DNA of 25,925 nucleotides, from assembly GCA_014378185.1 (NCBI GenBank), contig JACMOE010000134.1, forward strand, positions 1 through 25,925, given 5' to 3'. Positions within the stretch are counted from its first letter, which is position 1. Each line of letters begins with the position of its first letter. Under the pieces are notes generated by a model that made no database searches, was not told where the DNA came from, and saw only the letters and a program-made list of their open reading frames with translations. The stretch is from Gemmatimonadaceae bacterium (GTDB lineage Bacteria; Gemmatimonadota; Gemmatimonadetes; Gemmatimonadales; Gemmatimonadaceae). Both the position numbers and the translations under genes were made by a program. Shown piece by piece: positions 9,208 through 18,300 of this stretch.

Positions 9208-10947
9208 ATGACGCTCGGTACAACACGATCCACCGTCGCCTACTTCTCCATGGAGATCTGCCTCGAGCAGGCGATTCCCACCTACAGCGGCGGACTTGGC
9301 GTGCTCGCCGGCGACACCCTGCGCTCTGCCGCCGACCTGGGCGTCCCCGTCGTGGCCGTGACGCTGCTGCACCGGAAGGGCTATTTCGTCCAGCACCTCG
9401 ACGCCAACGGCCAGCAGACCGAGTCGCCCGTGGAGTGGAGCCCGGAGCAGGTGCTGGAGGCGGTGGAGGCGCGTTCGCTGGTGACCATCGAGGGGCGTCC
9501 GGTGCACGTGGCGGCGCGGAAGTTCGTGGTGAAGGGAGTGCGCGGACACGAAGTGCCCGTATTCCTGCTCGACACCAACCTGCCGGAGAACAGCGAGTGG
9601 GACCGCGCGCTCACCGATACCCTCTACGGCGGCGACGAGCACTACCGCCTGTGCCAGGAAATCGTGCTGGGCATGGGCGGTGCCGGACTGCTTCAGGCAC
9701 TCGGATACGATGACGGCGTGATCTATCACCTCAACGAAGGCCACTCCGCGCTGCTCACGCTCCAGTTGCTCGAGCGGCAACTCGACGGACGGCAGCATTT
9801 CCAGCTCGAAGACGCGGACCTGGAGGCGGTACGACACCGGTGCGTGTTCACCACGCACACGCCGGTACCCGCGGGCCACGACAAGTTCCCGCTCGACACG
9901 GTGCGCAAGGTGCTGGGTGACGAGCGCGTCGCGCTGCTGGAAGGGAGTGGTGGGGTGTACGAGGGCATGTTGAACATGACGCACCTCGCACTGCACCTCA
10001 CCCGGTTCGTGAATGGCGTCGCCATGCGGCACCGTGACGTTTCGCGCACCATGTTCCCCGACTACCTCATCAACTCCATCACCAACGGGGTGCACGCCAC
10101 CACGTGGACCGGACCCGCATTCGCCGAGTTGTTCGACCGGCGCATACCGGAGTGGCGTCGCGACAATCTCTACCTGCGGTACGCGGTGAGCATTCCGCTT
10201 CAGGAGATCCGCGATACGCACGCCGTGAGCAAGGGCATTCTGCTCGACGAGGTGAAACGTCGCACCGGCGTGACGCTCGATCCGAACGTGATGACCATCG
10301 GGTTCGCGCGCCGCGCCACGCCGTACAAGCGGGCAGACCTCATCTTTTCCGACGTCGTCCGCCTGGCCGAGATTGCGCGCAATGTCGGGAAGATCCAGAT
10401 CGTGTTCGGCGGCAAGGCGCATCCGCACGACGGCGGCGGCAAGGAGCTCATTCGTCGCATCTTTGCGGCCGACGAACGGCTGCAGGGGCTCGTCGAAGTC
10501 GTCTACCTCGAGAACTACGAGATGGCGTTGGCGCACCTGATGGTGGCCGGCGTGGACCTGTGGCTGAACAATCCCATGAAGCCGCTCGAGGCATCGGGCA
10601 CCAGTGGCATGAAGGCAGCACTGAACGGCGTGCCGTCGTTCAGTGTGCTCGACGGCTGGTGGGTGGAGGGCCACGTCGAGGGGGTGACGGGCTGGTCGAT
10701 CGGTACGCCGGAAGCCGAGGGCGATCCGTCGCGCGACGCGCTCGACCTGTACATCAAGCTGGAGCGCGTGATCCTGCCACTCTTCTACGGCTTGCCGTTC
10801 GCCTACGCGGAGGTGATGCGCTGGGCCATCGCGCTGAATGGCAGCTTCTTCAATACGCAGCGGATGGTGCGCCAGTACGTCCACAATGCGTACTTCCCGG
10901 ACAGCCTGCCGGCGGATGTGCGGGTCGAGGATACAGCGCTGCTGTAG
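9208..10947 (+). CDS. glgP: Alpha-glucan (glycogen/maltodextrin) phosphorylase, short type, ~579 aa
   Basis: VAYFSMEI, YSGGLGVLAGD, HLNEGHSA, FTTHTPVPAGHD, ARRATPYKR and the PLP-lysine motif EASGTSGMKAALNG. ATG 9208 has GAGGAA upstream and is preferred over the TTG at 9175. Confidence 0.94.
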   Translation: MTLGTTRSTVAYFSMEICLEQAIPTYSGGLGVLAGDTLRSAADLGVPVVAVTLLHRKGYFVQHLDANGQQTESPVEWSPEQVLEAVEARSLVTIEGRPVHVAARKFVVKGVRGHEVPVFLLDTNLPENSEWDRALTDTLYGGDEHYRLCQEIVLGMGGAGLLQALGYDDGVIYHLNEGHSALLTLQLLERQLDGRQHFQLEDADLEAVRHRCVFTTHTPVPAGHDKFPLDTVRKVLGDERVALLEGSGGVYEGMLNMTHLALHLTRFVNGVAMRHRDVSRTMFPDYLINSITNGVHATTWTGPAFAELFDRRIPEWRRDNLYLRYAVSIPLQEIRDTHAVSKGILLDEVKRRTGVTLDPNVMTIGFARRATPYKRADLIFSDVVRLAEIARNVGKIQIVFGGKAHPHDGGGKELIRRIFAADERLQGLVEVVYLENYEMALAHLMVAGVDLWLNNPMKPLEASGTSGMKAALNGVPSFSVLDGWWVEGHVEGVTGWSIGTPEAEGDPSRDALDLYIKLERVILPLFYGLPFAYAEVMRWAIALNGSFFNTQRMVRQYVHNAYFPDSLPADVRVEDTALL

Positions 10948-10991
10948 ACGACGGCGCTGGCGGGCACTCCTCGCGCAACCCATCTTGGGTC

Positions 10992-11771
10992 ATGGCTGAC
11001 ATTCACGATACGCGCTACGCCTCGGTGTCCGACGAGGAGCTGGCCGCACTGGAGCAGGACAAGTCGCTGCCCCTGGATGCCTGGATGGCGGTGGAGGCCG
11101 AGCGCGGTCGTCGAGAGGCGCGCAAGCGGGGTGCGCCCGCCGCGCCGGAGCACGCGGCTCCGCAGGAATCGGATGACGCGCGTATCGGCAGCGGGCTCGC
11201 CGAACTGCGCGCGCTGATGGTGCCAGGCGAAAAGCTGCTGGCCTTTGCCAGCCAGCGTCGGCTCTTCGCGCTTGCGCACAGGCGGGCCATCATCGGCGCC
11301 ACGAGCGGACGCTTCATCGCGCTCTACCGCGGCCTGCTCGGCGGATACACGCCGTTCGACGTGCGCTGGCAGGACCTCAACGATGTCTCCATTCGTGCGG
11401 GTACCTTTGGTGCCGACCTCACCATCGTGTCCATGGCCAACGACGACCTCGGCTCCCAGGAGCATCCGTCGTCGCGCATGACCTTTCACGGACTCGGCAA
11501 GCGCGAAGCGCAGCAGGTGTACACCATCTGCCAGGCGCAGGAGCAGAGCTGGCGCGAGAAGCGCCGCATTCGCGACCTGGACGAGTTGCGCGCACAGTCA
11601 GGCGGGGTGCAGATCGGTGCGCAACCAGGAGCCGCAGGCTTCAGCGCGGCGGCATCTGCCGGTGGTGACCCCACGGAGCGGCTGCGTCGTGCCAAGGAGA
11701 TGCTCGACGCGGGTCTCATCACCGACACCGAGTACGAGTCCATCAAGGCGCGAGTGGTGGACGCGCTGTAG
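10992..11771 (+). CDS. Bacterial PH-like domain protein with C-terminal SHOCT domain (259 aa)
   Basis: True start is probably ATG 10992 (MADIHDTRY) inside the track ORF 10104-11771. The core 'GEKLLAFASQRR...IIGATSGRFI...DVRWQDLNDVSI' is bPH-like. The C-terminal 'ERLRRAKEMLDAGLITDTEYESIKARVV' matches the SHOCT pattern. Confidence 0.75.
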   Translation: MADIHDTRYASVSDEELAALEQDKSLPLDAWMAVEAERGRREARKRGAPAAPEHAAPQESDDARIGSGLAELRALMVPGEKLLAFASQRRLFALAHRRAIIGATSGRFIALYRGLLGGYTPFDVRWQDLNDVSIRAGTFGADLTIVSMANDDLGSQEHPSSRMTFHGLGKREAQQVYTICQAQEQSWREKRRIRDLDELRAQSGGVQIGAQPGAAGFSAAASAGGDPTERLRRAKEMLDAGLITDTEYESIKARVVDAL

Positions 11772-11773
11772 CG

Positions 11774-12805
11774 CTACGCCGCGCTCACGACCGGCGCGCC
11801 CGACTCCACTTCCGCCTCGTAGTCCTCGGTCTTCCGCACCGCGCGCAGCACCGTATTCCCCGCCGCCACGGCGCCGAGCAGGATGTAGATGTAGAAGGTG
11901 TAGAAGCGCCACCAGATGAGCGAGGCGGCAAAGAGCTGCACCGGAATCGCGTGGCCGAGCGCGGCGCGAAAGGCCATTTCCACCGCGCCGCCCCCGCCCG
12001 GCGCGGGCACTACCGCCGCGCCGTAGAGAAAGCCCAGGGGCCAGAGTGCGAGTGGCGCCACGGGCGCCGACGCGACGCTGGTGAGGACGAGCGCGGGCAG
12101 CACCGTGAGCCGGATGGCCACGTGCACGAACGACGCGAGAAAGGCCCCGATGGCAGCCCTGCGATGGATGCGGTCCACGGAGTCCACCGTGGCGCGCAGC
12201 TTCCGCAGCGCGCGCTGCACCGTGCGCCAACGCCCGGCGTGCAGGCCAAGACGTCGTGCCCAGCGCGGGGGAGGGCCGTTCGCGTTGCGGCGGGAAAGAA
12301 ACAGGCCGAGTGCCCCGATGCCGAGGATGACGGCCGCATATCCGCCGACGACGCTCACGAGCGTCACCAGTACGGAGCCCGCATGCCGGAAGATCACGGC
12401 GACGCAGAAAACCACAGCCGCCAGCGACAGCACCTCGAGGAACAGCTCGGCGTAGAGGACCACGAGCACGCTTGACGAGGGCAGTCCGGCCTCGGACAGG
12501 ACGAAGAACCGTGCAGGCTCCGCACCGCTGCGCGCCGGCGTGATGGCGGCGGCGAAATCTCCGCCCAGGCAGGTGCGCGCAGCCGTGGAGAGTTTGAGGC
12601 GGATGCCCGCCGCCCGCGCACTCCAGCGGATCTTGAGCGAACGGGCGAGTACTTCGATAGCCACCGCGAGCAGCGCGAACAGGTGTGCGCGCATGGGGAG
12701 CACGAGCGACGTGCCCTGCTGCGACCAGCCGAGAATCATGTAGATGGACACGCCGATCGTCGCGGCGAACGAGAGTGCCGTGATCAGCCAGCGTGTCGGA
12801 GTCAT
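11774..12805 (-). CDS. UPF0104 / lysylphosphatidylglycerol-synthase TM-domain (flippase-like) membrane protein
   Basis: 343 aa with many hydrophobic segments. Family motifs 'AAITPARSGAEPAR', 'PAPGGGGAVE' and 'LIWWRFYTFYIYILLG'. Confidence 0.85.
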   Translation of the reverse strand: MTPTRWLITALSFAATIGVSIYMILGWSQQGTSLVLPMRAHLFALLAVAIEVLARSLKIRWSARAAGIRLKLSTAARTCLGGDFAAAITPARSGAEPARFFVLSEAGLPSSSVLVVLYAELFLEVLSLAAVVFCVAVIFRHAGSVLVTLVSVVGGYAAVILGIGALGLFLSRRNANGPPPRWARRLGLHAGRWRTVQRALRKLRATVDSVDRIHRRAAIGAFLASFVHVAIRLTVLPALVLTSVASAPVAPLALWPLGFLYGAAVVPAPGGGGAVEMAFRAALGHAIPVQLFAASLIWWRFYTFYIYILLGAVAAGNTVLRAVRKTEDYEAEVESGAPVVSAA

Positions 12806-12977
12806 TCAGGTCCGGACAGAAACATCGGCGGAAGCTACTCGTCGGCCATGGTTGGGTCGATGAAGAAGTGACAAGGATTCCATTGAAATTCTCGCACTCA
12901 TCCAGACTACGGCGGCCCACGTCGCTCCGCTGGGGCGTGTGGTAGGTTCCAGCCTCCCCAACCCGTCAGGAGCCTCT

Positions 12978-13682
12978 GTGTCCCACTTGGACAAGCCGTC
13001 GCCAGGCCGGCGCCAGTTCATCGCGCGCGTTGCCACCGCCGCCGCCGTGGTGGCGAGCGGCGCATGTGCCGCGCCGCTGGGCGCGGCAGCACAGCAGGGA
13101 GCGTCACGCATGCCAACGAGCCCACCGTTCGACGACAGCTGGACGCGGCGCGTAATGGCCGCACGGCATCGCGCGGTGATGGATTCGCCCGAGGTTGACG
13201 ACGGCACCGCGCTGGTGCAGGCCACGCTGTTCATGCAGGGCTACCGCCAGCAGCTCGACGCTGGCGGCAGCGACGTGGTGCCTGTCGTCGTCATGCGGCA
13301 TCATGGCACCGTAATGGCATTCAGCGATGCCATCTGGGCGAAGTACGCCCTGGGCGAGTATGCGAAAATCACGGACCCCGCCACGGGAAAGGACGCGCTG
13401 CGCAATCCGTTCGTGCGAGTGGACACGGACGACAAGAACCCGCTGGTGCCCGCCGATTCATCCATGGAAGCGTTGCTCGCGAGCGGCACCATCCTGCTGG
13501 CATGTAACAGGGCGGCCATGCGGCTCGCGTCACTCATGGCGAAGAAGTTCTCGCGCGACGTGGACGCCGTGCGCGCGGAGTTCCGCGCTGGCGTGGTGCC
13601 CGGCGTACTGCTGCAACCGTCTGGCGTCTACGCCACCCTTCGCGCGCAGGACGTGGGATGTGCGTTCATCAAGTCCACCTGA
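12978..13682 (+). CDS. Tat-exported DsrE-like protein, possibly a lipoprotein
   Basis: GTG 12978 is preceded by AGGAG. Twin-arginine signal 'GRRQFIARVATAAAVVASGAC'. The C-terminus 'ILLACNRA...VLLQPSGVYATLRAQDVGCAFIK' resembles the DsrE/F fold signature. The fold assignment is an inference. Confidence 0.65.
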   Translation: MSHLDKPSPGRRQFIARVATAAAVVASGACAAPLGAAAQQGASRMPTSPPFDDSWTRRVMAARHRAVMDSPEVDDGTALVQATLFMQGYRQQLDAGGSDVVPVVVMRHHGTVMAFSDAIWAKYALGEYAKITDPATGKDALRNPFVRVDTDDKNPLVPADSSMEALLASGTILLACNRAAMRLASLMAKKFSRDVDAVRAEFRAGVVPGVLLQPSGVYATLRAQDVGCAFIKST

Positions 13683-13828
13683 CCGGGGCACTCGTTCACA
13701 CAAATGGCGATGGTCCATCCAGCGCGCGTGGCGTCTGCCAGTAGCCGTCATGCAGCCTTTACGCGAAGTTATCGGTGACACCGGACTCCATGGGCGTTAG
13801 ACCCCAGCTTCGCGGATCAAGGTAGCGC

Positions 13829-14734
13829 TTGCCCCTCACGCCACGTCAATCATCGCAGGCCAGTTCTCGTGACGTCCTGGCTGACGGCATCCGCTACGAG
13901 CGGGGTGGCGTGTTGCACCGCGCGCGGGAGTGTTTTGAAACGGCCACGCGGGCCGTCGAGCACGCGCCGGCCGAAGCGGCAGAAGCGTGGTGGCGGCTGG
14001 CCAACCTGCACCGGTTGCGTTCCGCGTGGGATGACGCGCTCACGGCGGCACGGACCGCGGGCGAGCTCGCTCGCGCGCACGGCTTGTCGAACACGGAAGC
14101 CGATGCGTTGAACATCGAGGGCGCTGTGTGGTCCATGCGCGGCGACTTCGGCCAGGCGCGAGCGCTCTACACCCGCATGCTGGACCTGGCGCAAACGAAG
14201 GCCACACGCGCCAAGGCGCTCCAGAACCTCGGCACAGTGGCCGCTGAGGAGGGCGACCTGGACGAGGGCGAGCGGCTGTTTGTGCAATCGCGAGAGGCGT
14301 ACCGCGCGGAGGGCGACGCGCGTGGTGAGGCGAATTCCCTGCTCAACATCGGTCGCCTCCAGCTGGATCGCGGGCTGCCGGATGAGGCGGCGAGCACCCT
14401 GGAGCACGCCGTACACGCGGCCCGTCAGGCGGGCGACCTGGAAATGCACGCCGTCGCGCTGCTGAATCACGGCACGGCCCTGAGCGCACTCGGCAAGGAT
14501 GGGCAGGCGGAGGAGCGCATCACAACTGCCTATGGACAGTTCACCATCGCCGACATTCCCGTGCAGCGTGTGCGGTGCCTGATGCAGCTCGCGACGCTGG
14601 CGACGATCAGGAACGAGCACGCCGCCGCACGAGTCTGCCTCGACCATGCCCGGGACGTGGCGAGCGAGGCGCAGTTGCCGCGCGAGTTGCGCATCATCGA
14701 CGCCCAGCTTGCTGCGCTCCCGCCCGCAGGCTGA
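13829..14734 (+). CDS. Stand-alone tetratricopeptide-repeat protein (301 aa)
   Basis: About 6-7 successive TPR-like helical pairs, e.g. 'ADALNIEGAVWSMRGDFGQARALY', 'AKALQNLGTVAAEEGDLDEGERLF', 'ANSLLNIGRLQLDRGLPDEA', 'AVALLNHGTALSALGKDGQA'. No HTH or enzymatic domain seen. TTG start is uncertain. Confidence 0.85.
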   Translation: MPLTPRQSSQASSRDVLADGIRYERGGVLHRARECFETATRAVEHAPAEAAEAWWRLANLHRLRSAWDDALTAARTAGELARAHGLSNTEADALNIEGAVWSMRGDFGQARALYTRMLDLAQTKATRAKALQNLGTVAAEEGDLDEGERLFVQSREAYRAEGDARGEANSLLNIGRLQLDRGLPDEAASTLEHAVHAARQAGDLEMHAVALLNHGTALSALGKDGQAEERITTAYGQFTIADIPVQRVRCLMQLATLATIRNEHAAARVCLDHARDVASEAQLPRELRIIDAQLAALPPAG

Positions 14735-14881
14735 GCCAGCTCGGTGACTGAGCGCACAGACATCCGCGGGAAGGTGGCACAGCTTTGGCACTGGGGCCCA
14801 TCGGTAGTAACGCCGCCAGGCTGGCCACGAGAGCTGTGCTTGCGCATCGGGGCGTTCGGGTGTGATTCCGAAGGTGTAAAT

Positions 14882-15106
14882 ATGCGTAGCCGTCTGATAC
14901 TCGCCGCCGCCGCAACACTCGCACTGGCCGCCTGCAGTGAATCGGCGAGCACCGCGCCACGATCGCCGTCGCCAGGCGCGCGCGCGGCGGACGTGCTGCA
15001 ATGCCGGTCTGGCTATCATATCGCCACCCGCGCCGACGGCACGGATTACTGCGCGTCTGATGAACCCACAATGGCCGCCACCGCGCCAACGTCCAGCGGT
15101 TCGTGA
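14882..15106 (+). CDS. Small lipoprotein / exported peptide (74 aa) with a two-Cys loop
   Basis: ATG 14882 follows the SD-like AAGGTG. MRSRLILAAAATLALAA|C is a classic lipobox signal. The mature part contains C41-RSGYHIATRADGTDY-C57, and an intrinsic terminator follows. Confidence 0.8.
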   Translation: MRSRLILAAAATLALAACSESASTAPRSPSPGARAADVLQCRSGYHIATRADGTDYCASDEPTMAATAPTSSGS

Positions 15107-15124
15107 CGTCCTGATTGTGAAGGG

Positions 15125-15158
15125 AAGGCTGGCTCCCATGGAGCCGGCCTTTTTGTTT
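15125..15158 (+). terminator. Rho-independent terminator
   Basis: AAGGCTGGCTCC-CAT-GGAGCCGGCCTT stem (one G·U pair) followed by TTTGTTT, 18 nt after the lipopeptide stop. Confidence 0.85.
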
Positions 15159-15309
15159 CCGCTCGCCCAGGGTGAGATGCGGTCGTTGTGTACTGACGCC
15201 CGTCGGGCGATCAACCCTCGGACCGGACGACAATACCCTTGCGCGCCGACCCGGCGACGCTCTACTTGAATGCTGCTTCCCGCCCCCCTCCTGCCGGAGT
15301 TCCAGCATC

Positions 15310-18300
15310 GTGATTCGCCCTTTCGCTCGCGCCGCAATCGTCGGCGCGCTCGTCGCTCCATTGTCCGCCCTTGCCGCCCAGCGGATCATCCCCGCCCCCG
15401 CCAACGACATCCGCCCCAGTATCCCCCTCCAGCCCGGGACGCCCGCGGCATCACCACAGCTCGACACGGCGGCCGTCAATTCCCTCAAGTGGCGCGAACT
15501 CGGCCCCTACCGCGGGGGCCGTTCCGTAACGGTCGCCGGCTCGGCGGCGCGGCCCAGCGAGTACTACATGGGCACCGCGGGCGGTGGCGTCTTCAAGACG
15601 CTCGACGGCGGGCAGTCCTGGGCCGCCACCACTGACAAGTACTTCGGCGGTACCATCGGCGCCGTGACCATCTCCGCATCCAGCCCCGACGTGGTGTACG
15701 TGGGGGGCGGCGAATATGCCCTGCGCGGCAACGTGTCGCACGGCGAAGGCGTGTGGAAGTCCACCGATGCCGGCAAGACCTGGGTCTCGCTCGGCCTCAA
15801 GGCCACGCGGCAAATCTCGCGCGTGCTCGTGCATCCCACCAACCCGGACATCGTCTACGTGGCCGCACAAGGCAATGTGTGGGCGCCCACGGCGGATCGC
15901 GGCGTCTATCGCAGCCGCGACGGCGGGAAGAACTGGAGCAAGGTGCTGTTCCGCAATGACTCCACCGGTGCGTCCGACCTGGCATTCGATCCCTCCAACC
16001 CCGACGTGCTCTACGCGGCGTTCTGGCAGGCGGGCCGCACGCCGTGGATGCTCAACTCCGGCGGCGAGGGCAGTGGCGTCTTCAAGAGCACCGACGGCGG
16101 CGACAACTGGACGAATATCAGCCACAACCCCGGCATGCCCGGCGGCATCTTCGGCAACATCGGCCTCACGGTGAGCGCGGCCAACCCCAGGCGCGTGTTC
16201 GCCATCATCGAGGCGGACTCCGGCGGGGTGTATCGCTCCGATGACGCCGGTGCCACATGGACGCGGACCAATGCGGACCGTTCCCTGCGCCAGCGCGCCT
16301 GGTACTACTCCAAGATCCACGCGGACCCGAAGGACACGAACGTCGTCTACGTCAACAACGTGAACTTCAACAAGTCCACCGACGGCGGAAAGACCTTCCG
16401 CCCGGTGCGCGGCATACCGCACGGCGACTCGCACGACTTCTGGATTGCACCCAACGACAACAAGCGCATGATCGAGAGTGACGACGGCGGCGCGAGCGTG
16501 TCCACCGACGGCGGCCGTACCTGGACCGACGAGGACTTCGCCACCGCGCAGTTCTATCACGTCACCACCACCAACCACTTTCCCTACCAGGTCTGCGGCG
16601 CGCAGCAGGACAACAGCACGTTGTGCGGCCCCAGCCGCAAGGCGGGCGGCATCGACACGCGCGACTGGGTGGAAGCGGGCGGCGGCGAGTCGGGCTACAT
16701 CGCATCACGCTCCGACAATCCCGACGTGGTCTACGCCGGCAGCTACGGCGCACTCCTCACGCGCAAGGACCTGCGCACTGGCCTCACACGCAACATCAAC
16801 CCGTGGCCCGACAACCCGATGGGCCACTCGGCCATCGACCTCAAGTACCGCTTCCAGTGGACGTACCCCATCGTGCTGTCGCCCTTCAGCCCCAATGTGC
16901 TGTATGCGACATCCAACTACGTGCATCGCACCACCAACGATGGACAGAGCTGGGACGTGATCTCGCCAGACCTTACGCGCAACGACCCGAAGACGCTGGG
17001 TGCGTCGGGTGGCCCGCTCACCAAGGACCAGACGTCGGTGGAGTACTACGGCGTCATCTTCGCCTTTGCCGAATCGCCGAAGCAGAAGGGCGTCCTGTGG
17101 GCTGGTTCCGATGACGGGTTGGTCCATGTGTCGCGCGACAACGGCAAGTCGTGGCAGGATGTCACGCCGAAGGACATGGCGATCTACACGCGCGTGTCGC
17201 TCATCGAACCCTCGCACTTCTCCGCCGGTACGGCCTACATGGCCGCGAACCGCTTCCAGCTCAACGACGACCGCCCGCTGCTCTGGAAGACGACCAATTT
17301 CGGGGCGTCATGGACACGCATCGATGCAGGCATCGATCCCACCGAGTTCACGCGTGCCATACGCGAGGATGACGAGCAGCGCGGCCACCTGTACGTGGGC
17401 ACCGAGCGCGGCGTGTGGTTCTCGCACGACGAAGGCGCGTCGTGGCAGCGCCTCCAGCTCAACCTGCCTCCCGTGCCCGTGCACGACCTCGCGATCAAGG
17501 ACGGCGACCTCATCGTCGCCACCCACGGACGCAGCTTCTGGGTGATCGACGACATCTCGGCATTGCGTCAGATGACGCCGGCGCTCACGGCGGAAGACGC
17601 GCACCTCTTCAAGCCGCGCGATGCGTACCGCGTGAGCTTCGGCGGTGGTCGCTTTGGCGGTGGCGGTGGTGGCGCAGCACCGGGCGCCGTCGCTGGACCG
17701 GCCGTGCATCCGGTGGCGGCAAGCCCCGTCGGCGGACCGGTGGTGAGCTACTGGCTCAAGCGTGCCAATCGCGAGGTGGTGCTGGAGTTCATGGACGCGA
17801 AGGGCCAGTTGATCAAGCGCTTCGCCAGCCGACAGGATTCCGCCACGGCGGCGGATTCGGTCACGCGCGCGACCCGCATGCGCACCCGCGTCGATTCGCT
17901 CGTGCGGACAGGCCTCGCGGCAGACAGCGCCGAGCGTGTCGTGCGCGGCATGGCGGCCGCAGCGGCGGGCGAACTGGCGGCCTCGCTCGGCGAGGATGAC
18001 GGACCCATTCGCACGCCGCCGGCACCCCGCGTGCCCAACAAGGCAGGCGTCAATGCCTTCAACTGGAACATGCGGTACCCGGATGCATCCACGTTCGACG
18101 GACTGATCATGTGGGCTGGCGGCACACAGGGACCAACCGCACCACCGGGCACCTACCAGGTGCGTATGCTGGTGGACGGCAAGCCCGTCGCGACGCAGTC
18201 GTTCGTGCTCAAGAAGGATCCGCGTACCAACGCCACGCCGGCAGACCTCGCCGAGCAGTTCCGCTTCCTCATCAACGTGCGTGATCGCACCACGGCCGCC

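Noticed and set aside
2309-10983. Long antisense ORFs (2309-3901, 5146-6873, 7569-8738, 9016-10983) and similar ones at 13850-15361, 15451-16578 and 17308-18765
   Set aside because: They are shadow frames of well-supported genes on the opposite strand. High GC3 codon usage depletes antisense stops, and the translations have no recognisable motifs.
10104-10991. N-terminal ~296 aa of the 555-aa track ORF 10104-11771
   Set aside because: It overlaps glgP in another frame and reads as Arg/Gly-rich noise. The real protein starts at ATG 10992.
12806-12883. 25-aa ORF (MESLSLLHRP...) ending directly at the UPF0104 start codon on the - strand
   Set aside because: There is no RBS or distinctive composition, so it is most likely a chance frame in the divergent promoter region.
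13703-13760. GGCGATGG resembling the 5' end of a fluoride riboswitch
   Set aside because: The pairing partner and the downstream GCUGAUGAC motif are absent, and there is no crcB/eriC gene nearby.
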